DNA from: a virus
Taxonomy: Duplodnaviria; Heunggongvirae; Uroviricota; Caudoviricetes
DNA length: 27,380 nucleotides
IMG/VR virus record: IMGVR_UViG_3300010280_000022
Direction: 5' to 3' (one strand)
Position 1 is the first letter of the stretch; each line of letters starts with the position of its first letter. Shown in pieces: positions 16,485 to 25,201 of this stretch. Under the pieces are notes generated by a model. It searched no databases and was not told the DNA's origin. It was given only the letters and a program-made list of their open reading frames with translations. A program made the translations under genes and the position numbers.

Positions 16485-16804
16485 TCACCCCCGTTACCGT
16501 AGAGGGTTTCAGCCGCTGATTTTTCTACATCACCGGAAACAGGAGCGATTGCCATATCAGTGATCTGCAGATCGGCGCTGCGATTAACACCATCGTCAGT
16601 TTCTCTGGCAGACAGGCCTCGAATAACAGCCTTTGCAGTTATCATCACTTCTGTTCCGACGCCCTGAGGTTGCGCCTTCAGCTTATTCAATGTGTCGTTA
16701 TTCAGCGTGATGCACAGCCCCCACGGGTATTCATCGCGAGTTCTGGTTTCTCCGCTCTCATCCTGGTAGCTGTCAGTGCCGGTTTTGAGGTTTACGAGTT
16801 CCAT
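16481..16804 (-). CDS. Hypothetical virion protein (107 aa)
   Basis: ORF-track start at 16810 is GTG; ATG at 16804 has AGGAG 5 nt upstream. Confidence 0.55.
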   Translation of the reverse strand: MELVNLKTGTDSYQDESGETRTRDEYPWGLCITLNNDTLNKLKAQPQGVGTEVMITAKAVIRGLSARETDDGVNRSADLQITDMAIAPVSGDVEKSAAETLYGNGGE

Positions 16805-16814
16805 ATACACTCCT

Positions 16815-16836
16815 GCAATAAAGGGGCCGAAGCCCC
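16815..16836 (-). terminator. Intra-operon hairpin/partial terminator between the capsid and tail gene blocks
   Basis: Minus-strand GGGGC-UUCG-GCCCC followed by TTTATTG, between the 114-aa and 107-aa genes. Confidence 0.5.
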
Positions 16837-16854
16837 TTGTCTGATTCGCGAGGC

Positions 16855-17199
16855 TTACACGCCCAGTTCTTTACGCTTATCTGCGATCTTCTCGCGGAGC
16901 GTTTCTGCTTTGGCGTTATGGTGTGGCTTCTCGTTAAAGAGCAATTCGTACTCTTCACGGAGCTTATCCAGTTCACCATCATCTGACACATCGTTGATGA
17001 TTTTGGTGCTGGTTGCTGCCATTGACACCTTTCCTGCAACTTTTGCTTTTGCCTGTCTGGCTGCATCGTTAACAGGTTCCAGTGCGCTACCAGGCTCACC
17101 TTCGTATTCGATTTCTGCCCCCTCCGGCCACAGAGTGTTATGGATATGAGAGAGGCGCAGAACGCGGTATCTTGGTTTCTCACCTGACATCGATATCAC
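16855..17199 (-). CDS. Hypothetical virion protein (114 aa)
   Basis: ORF in the structural operon; charged, helical C-terminus. Confidence 0.55.
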   Translation of the reverse strand: MISMSGEKPRYRVLRLSHIHNTLWPEGAEIEYEGEPGSALEPVNDAARQAKAKVAGKVSMAATSTKIINDVSDDGELDKLREEYELLFNEKPHHNAKAETLREKIADKRKELGV

Positions 17200-17200
17200 C

Positions 17201-17638
17201 TTAACCAGTTACTTTTGAGCGGATCGGATACGGCGTATTGGCATCAACATCAAGACTGATACCCGCAGTGAATTCGCCAGCCGTTAGTGGGCCAGTTGCG
17301 ACGGAGTAGTTAACACGCAGATATCGCTGAACACCGGCAGGCACCTTTGCAGAAACAACTCGTTTACCTGCTGTCAGGGCGGTCTTTGCCAGTGCACCAC
17401 TATCATAAATAGTGGTCCATGAGCTGTTATCCTCACTCGTCTGCAACTGGATGTTTACAGTTGCATCACCGCTTGCTGCGGCGGCTGTGTTAACCAGCGC
17501 CCAAAACTCAAGCGGGTAACCCACGCCGATATCACGACGTTTTCCGTCAATTGGACCGAGATCGATTACGTCAGTAGAAGCCGCGGTATCAGTTACCGCC
17601 TGTGCTTCGGAGAACATCAACAGTTTGTCGGTGATCAT
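17201..17638 (-). CDS. Hypothetical structural protein (145 aa), possibly capsid-associated
   Basis: Immediately downstream of the major capsid gene; GGAG upstream of ATG. Confidence 0.55.
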   Translation of the reverse strand: MITDKLLMFSEAQAVTDTAASTDVIDLGPIDGKRRDIGVGYPLEFWALVNTAAAASGDATVNIQLQTSEDNSSWTTIYDSGALAKTALTAGKRVVSAKVPAGVQRYLRVNYSVATGPLTAGEFTAGISLDVDANTPYPIRSKVTG

Positions 17639-17689
17639 CTTCTTTCTCCATTAGTGGGTCTGTTACGACCCACAGGTTAATAACAGGCG

Positions 17690-18682
17690 TTACACCACGC
17701 GGGCTTCTGTTTCCAGAAGCGCATCAGTTTCACGGATTGGTACACCACGGAATGACGTCCACCACTCGCCTTCAGTCTCTTTTACGCTAATCGCCAGAGA
17801 TGTTTTCTCCAGAGACTGCAAATCAAGAGCCTGGCCTACAGTGCGGTTCATGTAGAACACCGGGCGACCCATGCCACGGTTTGGAATGCGATGCAGTGCT
17901 TTAACCATCAACTTCGCAATATTTGCGGCAGAGGAAGGTTCTGAAAGATTGCTGACATCGATGTTTGCAATGCGAACAACATAACGCCAGTCACGCAGAG
18001 CAAGTCCGTTATCCCATTTATAATGGGTGCGATAGCCTTCGTACTTGCCGCCATTAGCATCTTCCAGTGTCACCTGGCCTTTATCTTCCATCTGGATGCC
18101 AGCCTTCTGCCCTTTCGGGAAGATGCCATGCACGGTGTTTTCGCCCCACACCACTAACCAGATTGAGGTGTTATCTGTACCCGTGCCACCAGCATCAATG
18201 ATGTTCTGAGCATTACCCGCAGACAGGCTGGAATAGCGGGAGGACAGTCCCATAAACTGCTGAGGGTTAACGCTGGAATCACCATAAAACAGCGTCTGCG
18301 CCATCTGCTGATTCATCGCTTCAATAAATGCGCGGTCTTCAGACAGGCGGAATTCGGCGGTATTGCCGTTCAGATCAGCCAGTGACTTATCGACTTCAGC
18401 ATAGGTTTCCAGCATGCCAACGGAATCGGTGACCTGCACTGTGGTTGATTTGCTTGGCTGTACACCATAGTTCAGCAAACGCCAGGTAGCTGAAGGTAAA
18501 CCAGAACGAATGGTGGTTCGGTGTCCGGTAGGAAGGTTCCCTTCGACAAAAGGCATATCCTGAAGGATCGGGTTAGTTTGACCGAGAAGCTCGATAATCT
18601 TATCGACTTTCCCGTTTGGATCGACGCGCTTACCCCAGTCAGCCAGCGTTAGCGCAGTTAAGCCTTTAACAGCCATTGTCAT
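17690..18682 (-). CDS. Major capsid protein (330 aa)
   Basis: Position after the scaffold gene, size, strong RBS GAGAGGAA. Confidence 0.75.
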   Translation of the reverse strand: MTMAVKGLTALTLADWGKRVDPNGKVDKIIELLGQTNPILQDMPFVEGNLPTGHRTTIRSGLPSATWRLLNYGVQPSKSTTVQVTDSVGMLETYAEVDKSLADLNGNTAEFRLSEDRAFIEAMNQQMAQTLFYGDSSVNPQQFMGLSSRYSSLSAGNAQNIIDAGGTGTDNTSIWLVVWGENTVHGIFPKGQKAGIQMEDKGQVTLEDANGGKYEGYRTHYKWDNGLALRDWRYVVRIANIDVSNLSEPSSAANIAKLMVKALHRIPNRGMGRPVFYMNRTVGQALDLQSLEKTSLAISVKETEGEWWTSFRGVPIRETDALLETEARVV

Positions 18683-18690
18683 TTCCTCTC

Positions 18691-19392
18691 TTATTTGCCA
18701 TAGAGCACTTCGGCCGCACTACGCTGGCCTTCATTACCACCGGTGACCATGCCATCTTCAGACATCGCCTTTCCGATTTTCACGAACGTTTTGACCAGAT
18801 CAGGGTGATTACCCAGCCCGGTGGTGTTCAGATATTCTTTGAGTTCAGGTGTCCCGAACTGGTCAAGCGCACGCTGTGCGGCGCTGAGGTTAGAAATCAA
18901 CTTGTCGCCACCGATTTCTTTGTCAGCTTTTACATCCGCAGCCCACTGCTCGGTTGTTTTCTGCCAGGCTTCTGCCTGGCGCTGCTGAACACCTGCCAGA
19001 ATCTTCGGATAAGCATCAACCAGCTTTTGCGCTTGCTCGTTGGTCAGGTTAAGTTCTCGCGCCACCGGCTCGAATTCCTTCAACGCTTCTGTATCCAGCT
19101 CTACGCCTTCGGCAGCCTGAAACTCGTACTTCTCCGGCGCACCCTCCGGTTTATCGCCGTCATTTTTTTCACCCTGCTTATCGCTTTCAGGCTTTTTGTC
19201 ATCAGCAGGTTTATCGCCATCAGCAACAGGTTGTGGCTTATCACCTTCCTGTTGTGATGGATCACCAACTGGAGCAGGGTTATCACCTGTAGGCGCTGAC
19301 GGTTCTGACGCAGCCGGAGCTGCTCCACCATCGACTGGTTGCTCATTGCAAAGACGGCGATACAGCAAACGCTCAAATAAATTCATGATCAC
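18691..19392 (-). CDS. Scaffolding protein (233 aa)
   Basis: Acidic, Pro/Asp/Lys-rich low-complexity N-terminal half and helical C-terminal half, between portal and capsid genes. Confidence 0.65.
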   Translation of the reverse strand: MIMNLFERLLYRRLCNEQPVDGGAAPAASEPSAPTGDNPAPVGDPSQQEGDKPQPVADGDKPADDKKPESDKQGEKNDGDKPEGAPEKYEFQAAEGVELDTEALKEFEPVARELNLTNEQAQKLVDAYPKILAGVQQRQAEAWQKTTEQWAADVKADKEIGGDKLISNLSAAQRALDQFGTPELKEYLNTTGLGNHPDLVKTFVKIGKAMSEDGMVTGGNEGQRSAAEVLYGK

Positions 19393-19685
19393 TCCTGTTC
19401 ACTGGCCTCTTTGGCCATCTTCAAATACTGTTCAGGGCAATGCGCCATAACGCGCTGAAACAGTTCCAGCGCCAGATTGCGTTGCCCCTCATTAAATGCC
19501 ATTGCCATAGCGTCCATCGGTGAGATAGCGGAAAACACACGGCCTTTCTCCAGCACCGACCAGACAACGCGACGCCCCTGTTCACTGCTCATGACAAAGC
19601 GAATGTCATCAATTTCACGCTGCGCCATGTCACGTTGCTTACGGGCGTTTTCTTCTTTCAGTTGATCGTCTTCGTAATCTGTCAT
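19389..19685 (-). CDS. Hypothetical protein (98 aa) between portal and scaffold
   Basis: ATGA-type overlaps with both neighbours suggest translational coupling. Confidence 0.55.
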   Translation of the reverse strand: MTDYEDDQLKEENARKQRDMAQREIDDIRFVMSSEQGRRVVWSVLEKGRVFSAISPMDAMAMAFNEGQRNLALELFQRVMAHCPEQYLKMAKEASEQE

Positions 19686-21361
19686 TGTGATTGCCCACCC
19701 TGACCACTAACTGCATTCGCCATAGCTGACAAAACACTCGGATCCGAAGTTTTAGCTTCACTTAGCGTCTTGGCACCCTGTGCCGCCGCCATCCCCATCG
19801 CCATCATTTGTTGCTGCTGTTGTTGCTGTGCCCGTTGCTGGCGAGCCTGCTCAACCTGTTCCTGCGGAACAATGACGGTTGGAGACACTCCGGACATATC
19901 AGCGAATGCATCGATCGCCTGATCAACGTTGAGTTTGTCGAGAGCTTCTGGTTTCGCTTGCGCAAGTTGACCAATGAAGTTAACCGTGGACGCCAGACTG
20001 GACAGGCCGATAGACTTCTGCGCCTGAGCCATGACGGAAATGTATTCGACCTTCAGGGGCATGCCTTCCATCGCGTCAGGCGGTGGCGGCAGCATGTTTT
20101 TACGCACCATCATCGAGAAAGCGCGGTCAATGAGAGGATTAAGACATTCGTCGTTCAGACGCTCCAGAACCGGCCCCAACATCAGAAGTTTTTCTTCTTT
20201 CATTTCGATCACCGCTTCAACAGGCATCGAGCGGGTATTGATGTTCTGCAACATCATGAACAGATCGACAAAGTAGGCGCTGTTAATGATTTGACGAGTG
20301 TCCTGAATGTCTGCCACCAGATCTGCTGTACTGGGGTTAACCAGATAAGCAGGCCTGAAGCCATCCTGACCAGTAATCTGATCGATATACGTGATGTCGC
20401 CAGGAAGAAGGGAGGCGCGCTGATTCTTGAGGGAAGTCGGAGCAACCATCGGCGGATTGGTGGCTTTATCAATCAACTGCGACTTGCGCTTCTGGAGAAG
20501 CTGCAATGCCTTAACAGGTCCAAGCGCCAGCATACCCGGGCATGATGATCCATAAACATCTTCGCCGTTAACTTCCCAGCGCGGAGCCATAATTGGAAAC
20601 TCATCAAATCCGGACTCACGCAACAACTTGTCGTTATCGCCACCAACCTCGTAATAAACCGATTTGAATGGCTTGTTCTTGCTATCCAGCTTCGAAGTAT
20701 CGCGGTCAATGTTCGGGTAAACCGAATGCATCACTTCAATCCACTTCTCGTAGGTGCCGCTTTCCCACATGCTTTTTACGGATTCGCTGACGTTATTTAG
20801 CCCGAACTCCTGAACAAGCTGACGAACAGTCATAGAGAACTTGCGAAAACAGGTGTCCACACTGCCACGAGGTGAGTTAGCCAGGTAGTAACTGCCTATC
20901 GGGAATGGCATTGTGCGAATGATGTCCTCGTCATCCTCCAGCACTGCCATTGCACCAGTGCTGTATGTGCCGAGGCTTCCGTATAACTGCGGCAGCGACT
21001 GATAGAGATTCGACTTATTGAACATATCGTTCATGCGGTTCTGCACCGCCTCAAGCCACAACTTAACAGGGCCATAATCCATCATTTCAGGATCTGGCGT
21101 AGCCAGGCGAAACCACGGACGCGCGGGGCTTGTGATGCCTGACATCATGCCACTAGCGAGAGTGCGCGCCGCCATAGTCCCGGTCGAATCAATAATGCGT
21201 GTATTGCGTCGATCGTTACGGTTGACCTCAGAAGTCAGAAAGCGGGAACCACGCGGGTTGATGTAATCACTCAACTCGCGCCAGTGCGGCTCGAACGACT
21301 GACGCTCGCTTTCAAGTTGTGCGAACTGTTTGTTCAATCGCTCTTTAGTTGTTTCCGCCAT
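19682..21361 (-). CDS. Portal (head-to-tail connector) protein, T7 gp8-like (559 aa)
   Basis: Q-rich stretch followed by MMAMGMAAAQGA near the C-terminus and an ERL...P N-terminal pattern recall T7 gp8; GGAG 8 nt upstream. Confidence 0.8.
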   Translation of the reverse strand: MAETTKERLNKQFAQLESERQSFEPHWRELSDYINPRGSRFLTSEVNRNDRRNTRIIDSTGTMAARTLASGMMSGITSPARPWFRLATPDPEMMDYGPVKLWLEAVQNRMNDMFNKSNLYQSLPQLYGSLGTYSTGAMAVLEDDEDIIRTMPFPIGSYYLANSPRGSVDTCFRKFSMTVRQLVQEFGLNNVSESVKSMWESGTYEKWIEVMHSVYPNIDRDTSKLDSKNKPFKSVYYEVGGDNDKLLRESGFDEFPIMAPRWEVNGEDVYGSSCPGMLALGPVKALQLLQKRKSQLIDKATNPPMVAPTSLKNQRASLLPGDITYIDQITGQDGFRPAYLVNPSTADLVADIQDTRQIINSAYFVDLFMMLQNINTRSMPVEAVIEMKEEKLLMLGPVLERLNDECLNPLIDRAFSMMVRKNMLPPPPDAMEGMPLKVEYISVMAQAQKSIGLSSLASTVNFIGQLAQAKPEALDKLNVDQAIDAFADMSGVSPTVIVPQEQVEQARQQRAQQQQQQQMMAMGMAAAQGAKTLSEAKTSDPSVLSAMANAVSGQGGQSQ

Positions 21362-21375
21362 TTCAATGACTCCGG

Positions 21376-21582
21376 TTACTGACCAAGTAGCGTTTTACCG
21401 CTGGTATTAGCGGTTGATGTGTCGCCCTGAGAACCGGTAAGCAGCGTAGAACTACGACCAGCAGCAGCGCGACGGCGACGAGTTTCTTCGTCGCGGGCAT
21501 CAACAACGGCGGCATCCTGCTCCTGTGGTGCTGCCTGAACTTCTGGTGTTGCAGGCACTGATGGTGAGCTACCCATGCACAT
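21376..21582 (-). CDS. Small Ala/Gln/Arg-rich protein (68 aa) upstream of portal
   Basis: Same RBS context GGAGTCATTGA(T/A)ATG as portal; the overlapping 21363..21602 frame looks non-coding. Confidence 0.5.
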   Translation of the reverse strand: MCMGSSPSVPATPEVQAAPQEQDAAVVDARDEETRRRRAAAGRSSTLLTGSQGDTSTANTSGKTLLGQ

Positions 21583-21672
21583 ATCAATGACTCCGTACGC
21601 AATTAAATTATTACCAATTTAACCACATATGATTTATTTATCGTAGACAGTTGACATTTAACGCACGAATTA

Positions 21673-21687
21673 TTACCTTTCAGGTAA
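21673..21687 (+). promoter_or_regulatory. Dyad motif site B: TTACC-TTTCA-GGTAA (perfect inverted repeat)
   Basis: Perfect palindrome 17 bp downstream of a TTGACA hexamer (21651-21656); heads the tRNA/moron insertion. Confidence 0.5.
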
Positions 21688-22009
21688 CCAAAGAGTTCAT
21701 TCCGGTTACTAACCTGACTGGCTTGTCGTTAAATTGAACAGGTGGAGTGAGCTTTTATTTTGATCAGTACGGCGTATGGCACATGCGCCGATAGCGGTCT
21801 GGATACGTTTAAGGGGCACCCTCCCTTGCTCGGGCAAACGAACCAGGTAGCCGGAATGTGCAAGTCGAGCGGTTTTATTCCGCGCACGGGGATTCACCAT
21901 CCCGGCGATTCGGTGTGACGCCTCGGAAGAGACGAGGGTACAACGATGAGAGCATTTATGGAGCCGCGACAAAGTGTGGTGCCTTAACAGGCTAAGTGCT
22001 CTCAGCGTT

Positions 22010-22086
22010 GTGGCATTAGCTCAGTCGGACAGAGCAACCGCCTTCTAAGCGGTTGGTCGCAGGTTCGAATCCTGCATGCCACGCCA
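22010..22086 (+). tRNA. tRNA-Arg (anticodon UCU, reads AGA), phage-type
   Basis: Acceptor stem GTGGCAT/ATGCCAC, D-arm AGCTCAGTCGGACAGAGC, anticodon loop CTTCTAA, T-arm GCAGGTTCGAATCCTGC, discriminator G plus CCA. Confidence 0.85.
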
Positions 22087-22249
22087 GAATCACGCCTAAG
22101 GACCGTGATGCCAGAAGTTCCAGGTGCTTGGCGGTGATGGTTTCCCTTGAAGAACTATCACCGCCCTTTTTACAGCAGGACGCCATTGCGATGACTTCAT
22201 GCTGTAAACCAGTACAGCCACGGAAGGCATAACTCATTGCTTCCAGTTC

Positions 22250-22273
22250 GCCCGGTTCGCCGGGCATTTTTTT
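22250..22273 (+). terminator. Rho-independent terminator downstream of the tRNA
   Basis: GCCCGG-TTCG-CCGGGC followed by ATTTTTTTG. Confidence 0.7.
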
Positions 22274-22289
22274 GCTTGATGACCGCAAA

Positions 22290-22304
22290 TTACCTTAAAG
22301 GTAT
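22290..22304 (+). promoter_or_regulatory. Dyad motif site D: TTACC-TTAAA-GGTAT, abutting TATAAT and the moron ATG
   Basis: ATTACCTTAAAGGTATAATcATG; right arm overlaps an AAGG Shine-Dalgarno-like element 7 nt from ATG at 22309. Confidence 0.45.
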
Positions 22305-22308
22305 AATC

Positions 22309-23127
22309 ATGAAAAACTTCAAGGTAATTAGCATGTTTGAATCGTTTAAAGAGCTGTTTTTATCTACTGCCAATACTGCCGTGAATAGAGCCAAAAACCC
22401 TGTGCTTGGTGCTTTTGTTATGTCCTGGTGCGCCTTCAACTGGAAATCAATTCTTTATCTATTTTTTAGCAAATCAAACATAATAGATAAAATTTCATAT
22501 ATCTCAGATAACAGCACATGGAAAACTGTTATGTTTTATCCATGCTTATCTGTAATTGCTATCTGCTGCCTATTACCATGGGTAAACAATATCATTAACG
22601 TATGGCAAGCAAAGCCTCTTGATAATAATGACTCAATCGAAAATCACCTGAAGGCAAGAAAAATCCAGCGTGAAACAAGACTGCAGAGGTTATTGGCTAA
22701 AAAAGATGTTACATACGACAAAGTTAAGACTGGCGCGGAAAAAGACATCCAAGAGATGAAAGAAGAGATTATTCGATCAAAGAATAGTATGGGGGAATTG
22801 ACTGCCGAGTTGAAAGCTAAAGATGACGAATTGAGATCCGCCAGTGCTCAGTTAGCAGCTCTAAATCATTCATTAAAAGAGATATCGGAAACTCTTGGAA
22901 GAATGAATGAGGCATATAAGACCCTCCAAAATGATTTCGACGAATACAAACTCAAATACCCTGAAAAATCTCAAATAAAAAGCCTTGCACTTGGCAACGG
23001 CCAAACAATTAGCAACTTTTTGGAGCAACACAACTTATCCGGATTAAAATCTGGTAAGCCAAACGTTTTTAATAACTTTGGTGTTCTATCTGGATTATCA
23101 GGTTTCGAGGATAAAAATAAAGACTAA
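22309..23127 (+). CDS. AT-rich moron: membrane-anchored protein with C-terminal coiled coil (272 aa); candidate abortive-infection/superinfection-exclusion factor
   Basis: Two hydrophobic segments (PVLGAFVMSWCAFNW..., VMFYPCLSVIAICCLLPWV) then a long charged heptad-like region; opposite strand and markedly more AT-rich than the flanking terL and portal genes. Confidence 0.7.
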   Translation: MKNFKVISMFESFKELFLSTANTAVNRAKNPVLGAFVMSWCAFNWKSILYLFFSKSNIIDKISYISDNSTWKTVMFYPCLSVIAICCLLPWVNNIINVWQAKPLDNNDSIENHLKARKIQRETRLQRLLAKKDVTYDKVKTGAEKDIQEMKEEIIRSKNSMGELTAELKAKDDELRSASAQLAALNHSLKEISETLGRMNEAYKTLQNDFDEYKLKYPEKSQIKSLALGNGQTISNFLEQHNLSGLKSGKPNVFNNFGVLSGLSGFEDKNKD

Positions 23128-24599
23128 GCATATGGATCGTACTCGGTAAGCGCCTTGCCTTGCTGGTTCTGCTGCCCGGGAAGTCGCAGGCGCTTTGACA
23201 CCGGGAAAGCAAACGTCAGCAGTAGCGCATCGCCTTTACCAGGCGAACGCCCAAGCCGCTCCTTGATATCTTCCTTCGGTTCGATAACGATTTTACCGTC
23301 CACTCGAACTTTGTACTCTGCCGCCGACAGATCGTCCGCTGTTTCCTGGTCATCCAGCATCCCGCCCAGCCTCAGCCATGTCTTGCATGAGTTGAACATC
23401 TCCCCACGCTTGTTGAGCATCTGCGGGTCAGTAGACGCGCCACCGAACGGAACAAGTTGCCATGTGCGCCCCCAACCGTCACCGATTGACTTCAGACCGG
23501 TACCGTAACCAAAGTCGATGAACACTGCGTCAGCCTGATACAGGTCTTCAAAGTCAGCGATACGCTTCGCCATAATCAGATCGTCGGTAGTCTTGTTGCC
23601 AGTCCACAGCACCTTACTGTGTAGCCCCTGCCGCAGGTATATCACCGCGTCATCAACGCCTGAATATGCCGGGTCAACACCGATTATCACCGGAGCATGC
23701 GCCACCTGCGCAGCGGTTACCACCCGTTTCATTGCCTCATCAGTAAGACCGGTAGGGATAAACTGCAATTCAGATGCATCAGGGAATATGCCGCGCACAC
23801 GGATTTTAACGAAGTCGCTGTCTTCCCCGTAGTCATCAACCCATTTCTGCAACTGCTGTTTGTTAGTGCCTTCCACCGTCCGGCTGTCAATCTGCGCAGT
23901 TTTCCAGCGGTGTTTATATTTGCGGAAACATTCGCGGAAACGCCCGGTGTTACGTGTAGGGTTTCCGAACGCCACCCAGATAATCTCAGTGTCTTCGTCC
24001 GTAAGCGCACCCTCAGCAACTTCCCACACCAGATCCGCAATGTTCGACGCTTCATCGAATACCACGATGATGCGTTTGCGCTCGTTGTGTAGTCCGGCGA
24101 ATGCCTCAGTGTTGTGCTCAGACCAGGGGATTGCGTCAGCTCGCCACCGCTTGTCGTGCCCAGGATCATTGCTGTACATCGCGGTAGCGGTACAGGTAAA
24201 CCAGTCTTTCGTGATAGCAAGGTTCGACCACTTGATAATTTCCGGCCAGGTCTTCGTTCGTAGCTGGTTGTCGGTGTTGGCAGTCACCACGACCTTACAA
24301 TCCTCGCAAGTGGACATGCCCCAGTTGATCAGCATTGAGATGAATGCTGATTTACCAATACCGTGACCCGAAGCGCGTGCCAGCATAAGCGGCTGATAGC
24401 GCGTCTCTGGATTCTGCAGGTGATCACGTATCTCTCGGAACGCATCGGCCTGCCACTGACGTGGGCCGGTAGCATGTGCCAGTTCAGTCCCCTCTTCCCC
24501 CCACGGGAACGCATAGAGGGCATAGCCAAGCGGATCGTGAGTGAACCCTGCAATATCCTCGATCAACTGCTCTTCAGGAGATAACGCTGTATCTGTCAC
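23124..24599 (-). CDS. terL: Terminase large subunit (491 aa)
   Basis: Walker A-like ASGHGIGKS, Walker B-like IIVVFDEAS, C-terminal nuclease-type acidic motifs; GTG start overlapping the terS stop. Confidence 0.85.
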   Translation of the reverse strand: MTDTALSPEEQLIEDIAGFTHDPLGYALYAFPWGEEGTELAHATGPRQWQADAFREIRDHLQNPETRYQPLMLARASGHGIGKSAFISMLINWGMSTCEDCKVVVTANTDNQLRTKTWPEIIKWSNLAITKDWFTCTATAMYSNDPGHDKRWRADAIPWSEHNTEAFAGLHNERKRIIVVFDEASNIADLVWEVAEGALTDEDTEIIWVAFGNPTRNTGRFRECFRKYKHRWKTAQIDSRTVEGTNKQQLQKWVDDYGEDSDFVKIRVRGIFPDASELQFIPTGLTDEAMKRVVTAAQVAHAPVIIGVDPAYSGVDDAVIYLRQGLHSKVLWTGNKTTDDLIMAKRIADFEDLYQADAVFIDFGYGTGLKSIGDGWGRTWQLVPFGGASTDPQMLNKRGEMFNSCKTWLRLGGMLDDQETADDLSAAEYKVRVDGKIVIEPKEDIKERLGRSPGKGDALLLTFAFPVSKRLRLPGQQNQQGKALTEYDPYA

Positions 24600-25192
24600 T
24601 GATTACCATCCTGACGTTCTTTGAGTCGCTTCCTGGCTGCTGCTATGCGATCAGCAATTGTCACATTCACATTAACATCCAGACGTTCTTTGAACGCGTT
24701 GACATCAACATGCTTACCAATCAGCTCAAGGTTCTTCACCTTGTCAGGCCATTTAATTTTTTTGAGGATTGTCTCTATCGAATCCTCGTTCATGTTCATG
24801 ATGGTCGATGACAGATCAAAGCCACTAAGCGTAGTGCGCCAGATTTTCGGCCACTCACGGATTGGTTTAAGGCTCCCATCGTCGTTGAGGATGTCGATCA
24901 CGTCCATCTGGTCGATCTCCACCAGGCGCATGAGAACGTAATCAGCACTGACGCGCATTCGTTTGTTGCGCTCCTCCATCAACTCGGCAATCCGTTTTTG
25001 AATGCGTTCATCGCGCATCATGACACTGGCTTTAACTGCCGCTGTATTTGGGGAGAATCCTGCGTTAATCGCTGCCTGAGTCTGGTTTTCAGGCGTTTTG
25101 ATGTATGACTGGCAATAAGCCTCCTGCATTGCTGTGAGCGGCTTAAATTGCGTTGATTTGCGTTTATAGGTTTTAGGTTCAGCAGGCATCAT
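24596..25192 (-). CDS. terS: Terminase small subunit (198 aa)
   Basis: ...LELIGKHVDVNAFKE... is a terminase small-subunit type signature; start moved to ATG at 25192 because the first 26 residues of the ORF-track call are a Thr/Ile-rich read-through. Confidence 0.65.
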   Translation of the reverse strand: MMPAEPKTYKRKSTQFKPLTAMQEAYCQSYIKTPENQTQAAINAGFSPNTAAVKASVMMRDERIQKRIAELMEERNKRMRVSADYVLMRLVEIDQMDVIDILNDDGSLKPIREWPKIWRTTLSGFDLSSTIMNMNEDSIETILKKIKWPDKVKNLELIGKHVDVNAFKERLDVNVNVTIADRIAAARKRLKERQDGNQ

Positions 25193-25201
25193 AACCACCG
25201 T

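Noticed and set aside
21363-21602. 79-aa minus-strand ORF overlapping the 68-aa gene
   Set aside because: Alternative frame with His/Arg/Leu-rich non-coding-like composition; the 21376..21582 frame has the portal-like RBS.
21709-21972. 87-aa minus-strand ORF in the region upstream of the tRNA
   Set aside because: Starts at TTG, is Arg-rich and sits in a hairpin-dense GC-rich region; more likely non-coding, though not excluded.
22010-22086. tRNA as a prophage attachment site
   Set aside because: No integrase adjacent and phage genes continue on both sides; it is internal cargo.
22016-22288. 90-aa minus-strand ORF
   Set aside because: Overlaps the tRNA-Arg gene and its terminator.
22302-22307. 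Perfect TATAAT as the -10 element of the moron promoter
   Set aside because: It lies 1 nt before the ATG, so a transcript from it would start inside the coding sequence, and no -35 sits at 17-bp spacing; more likely part of the dyad/RBS context.
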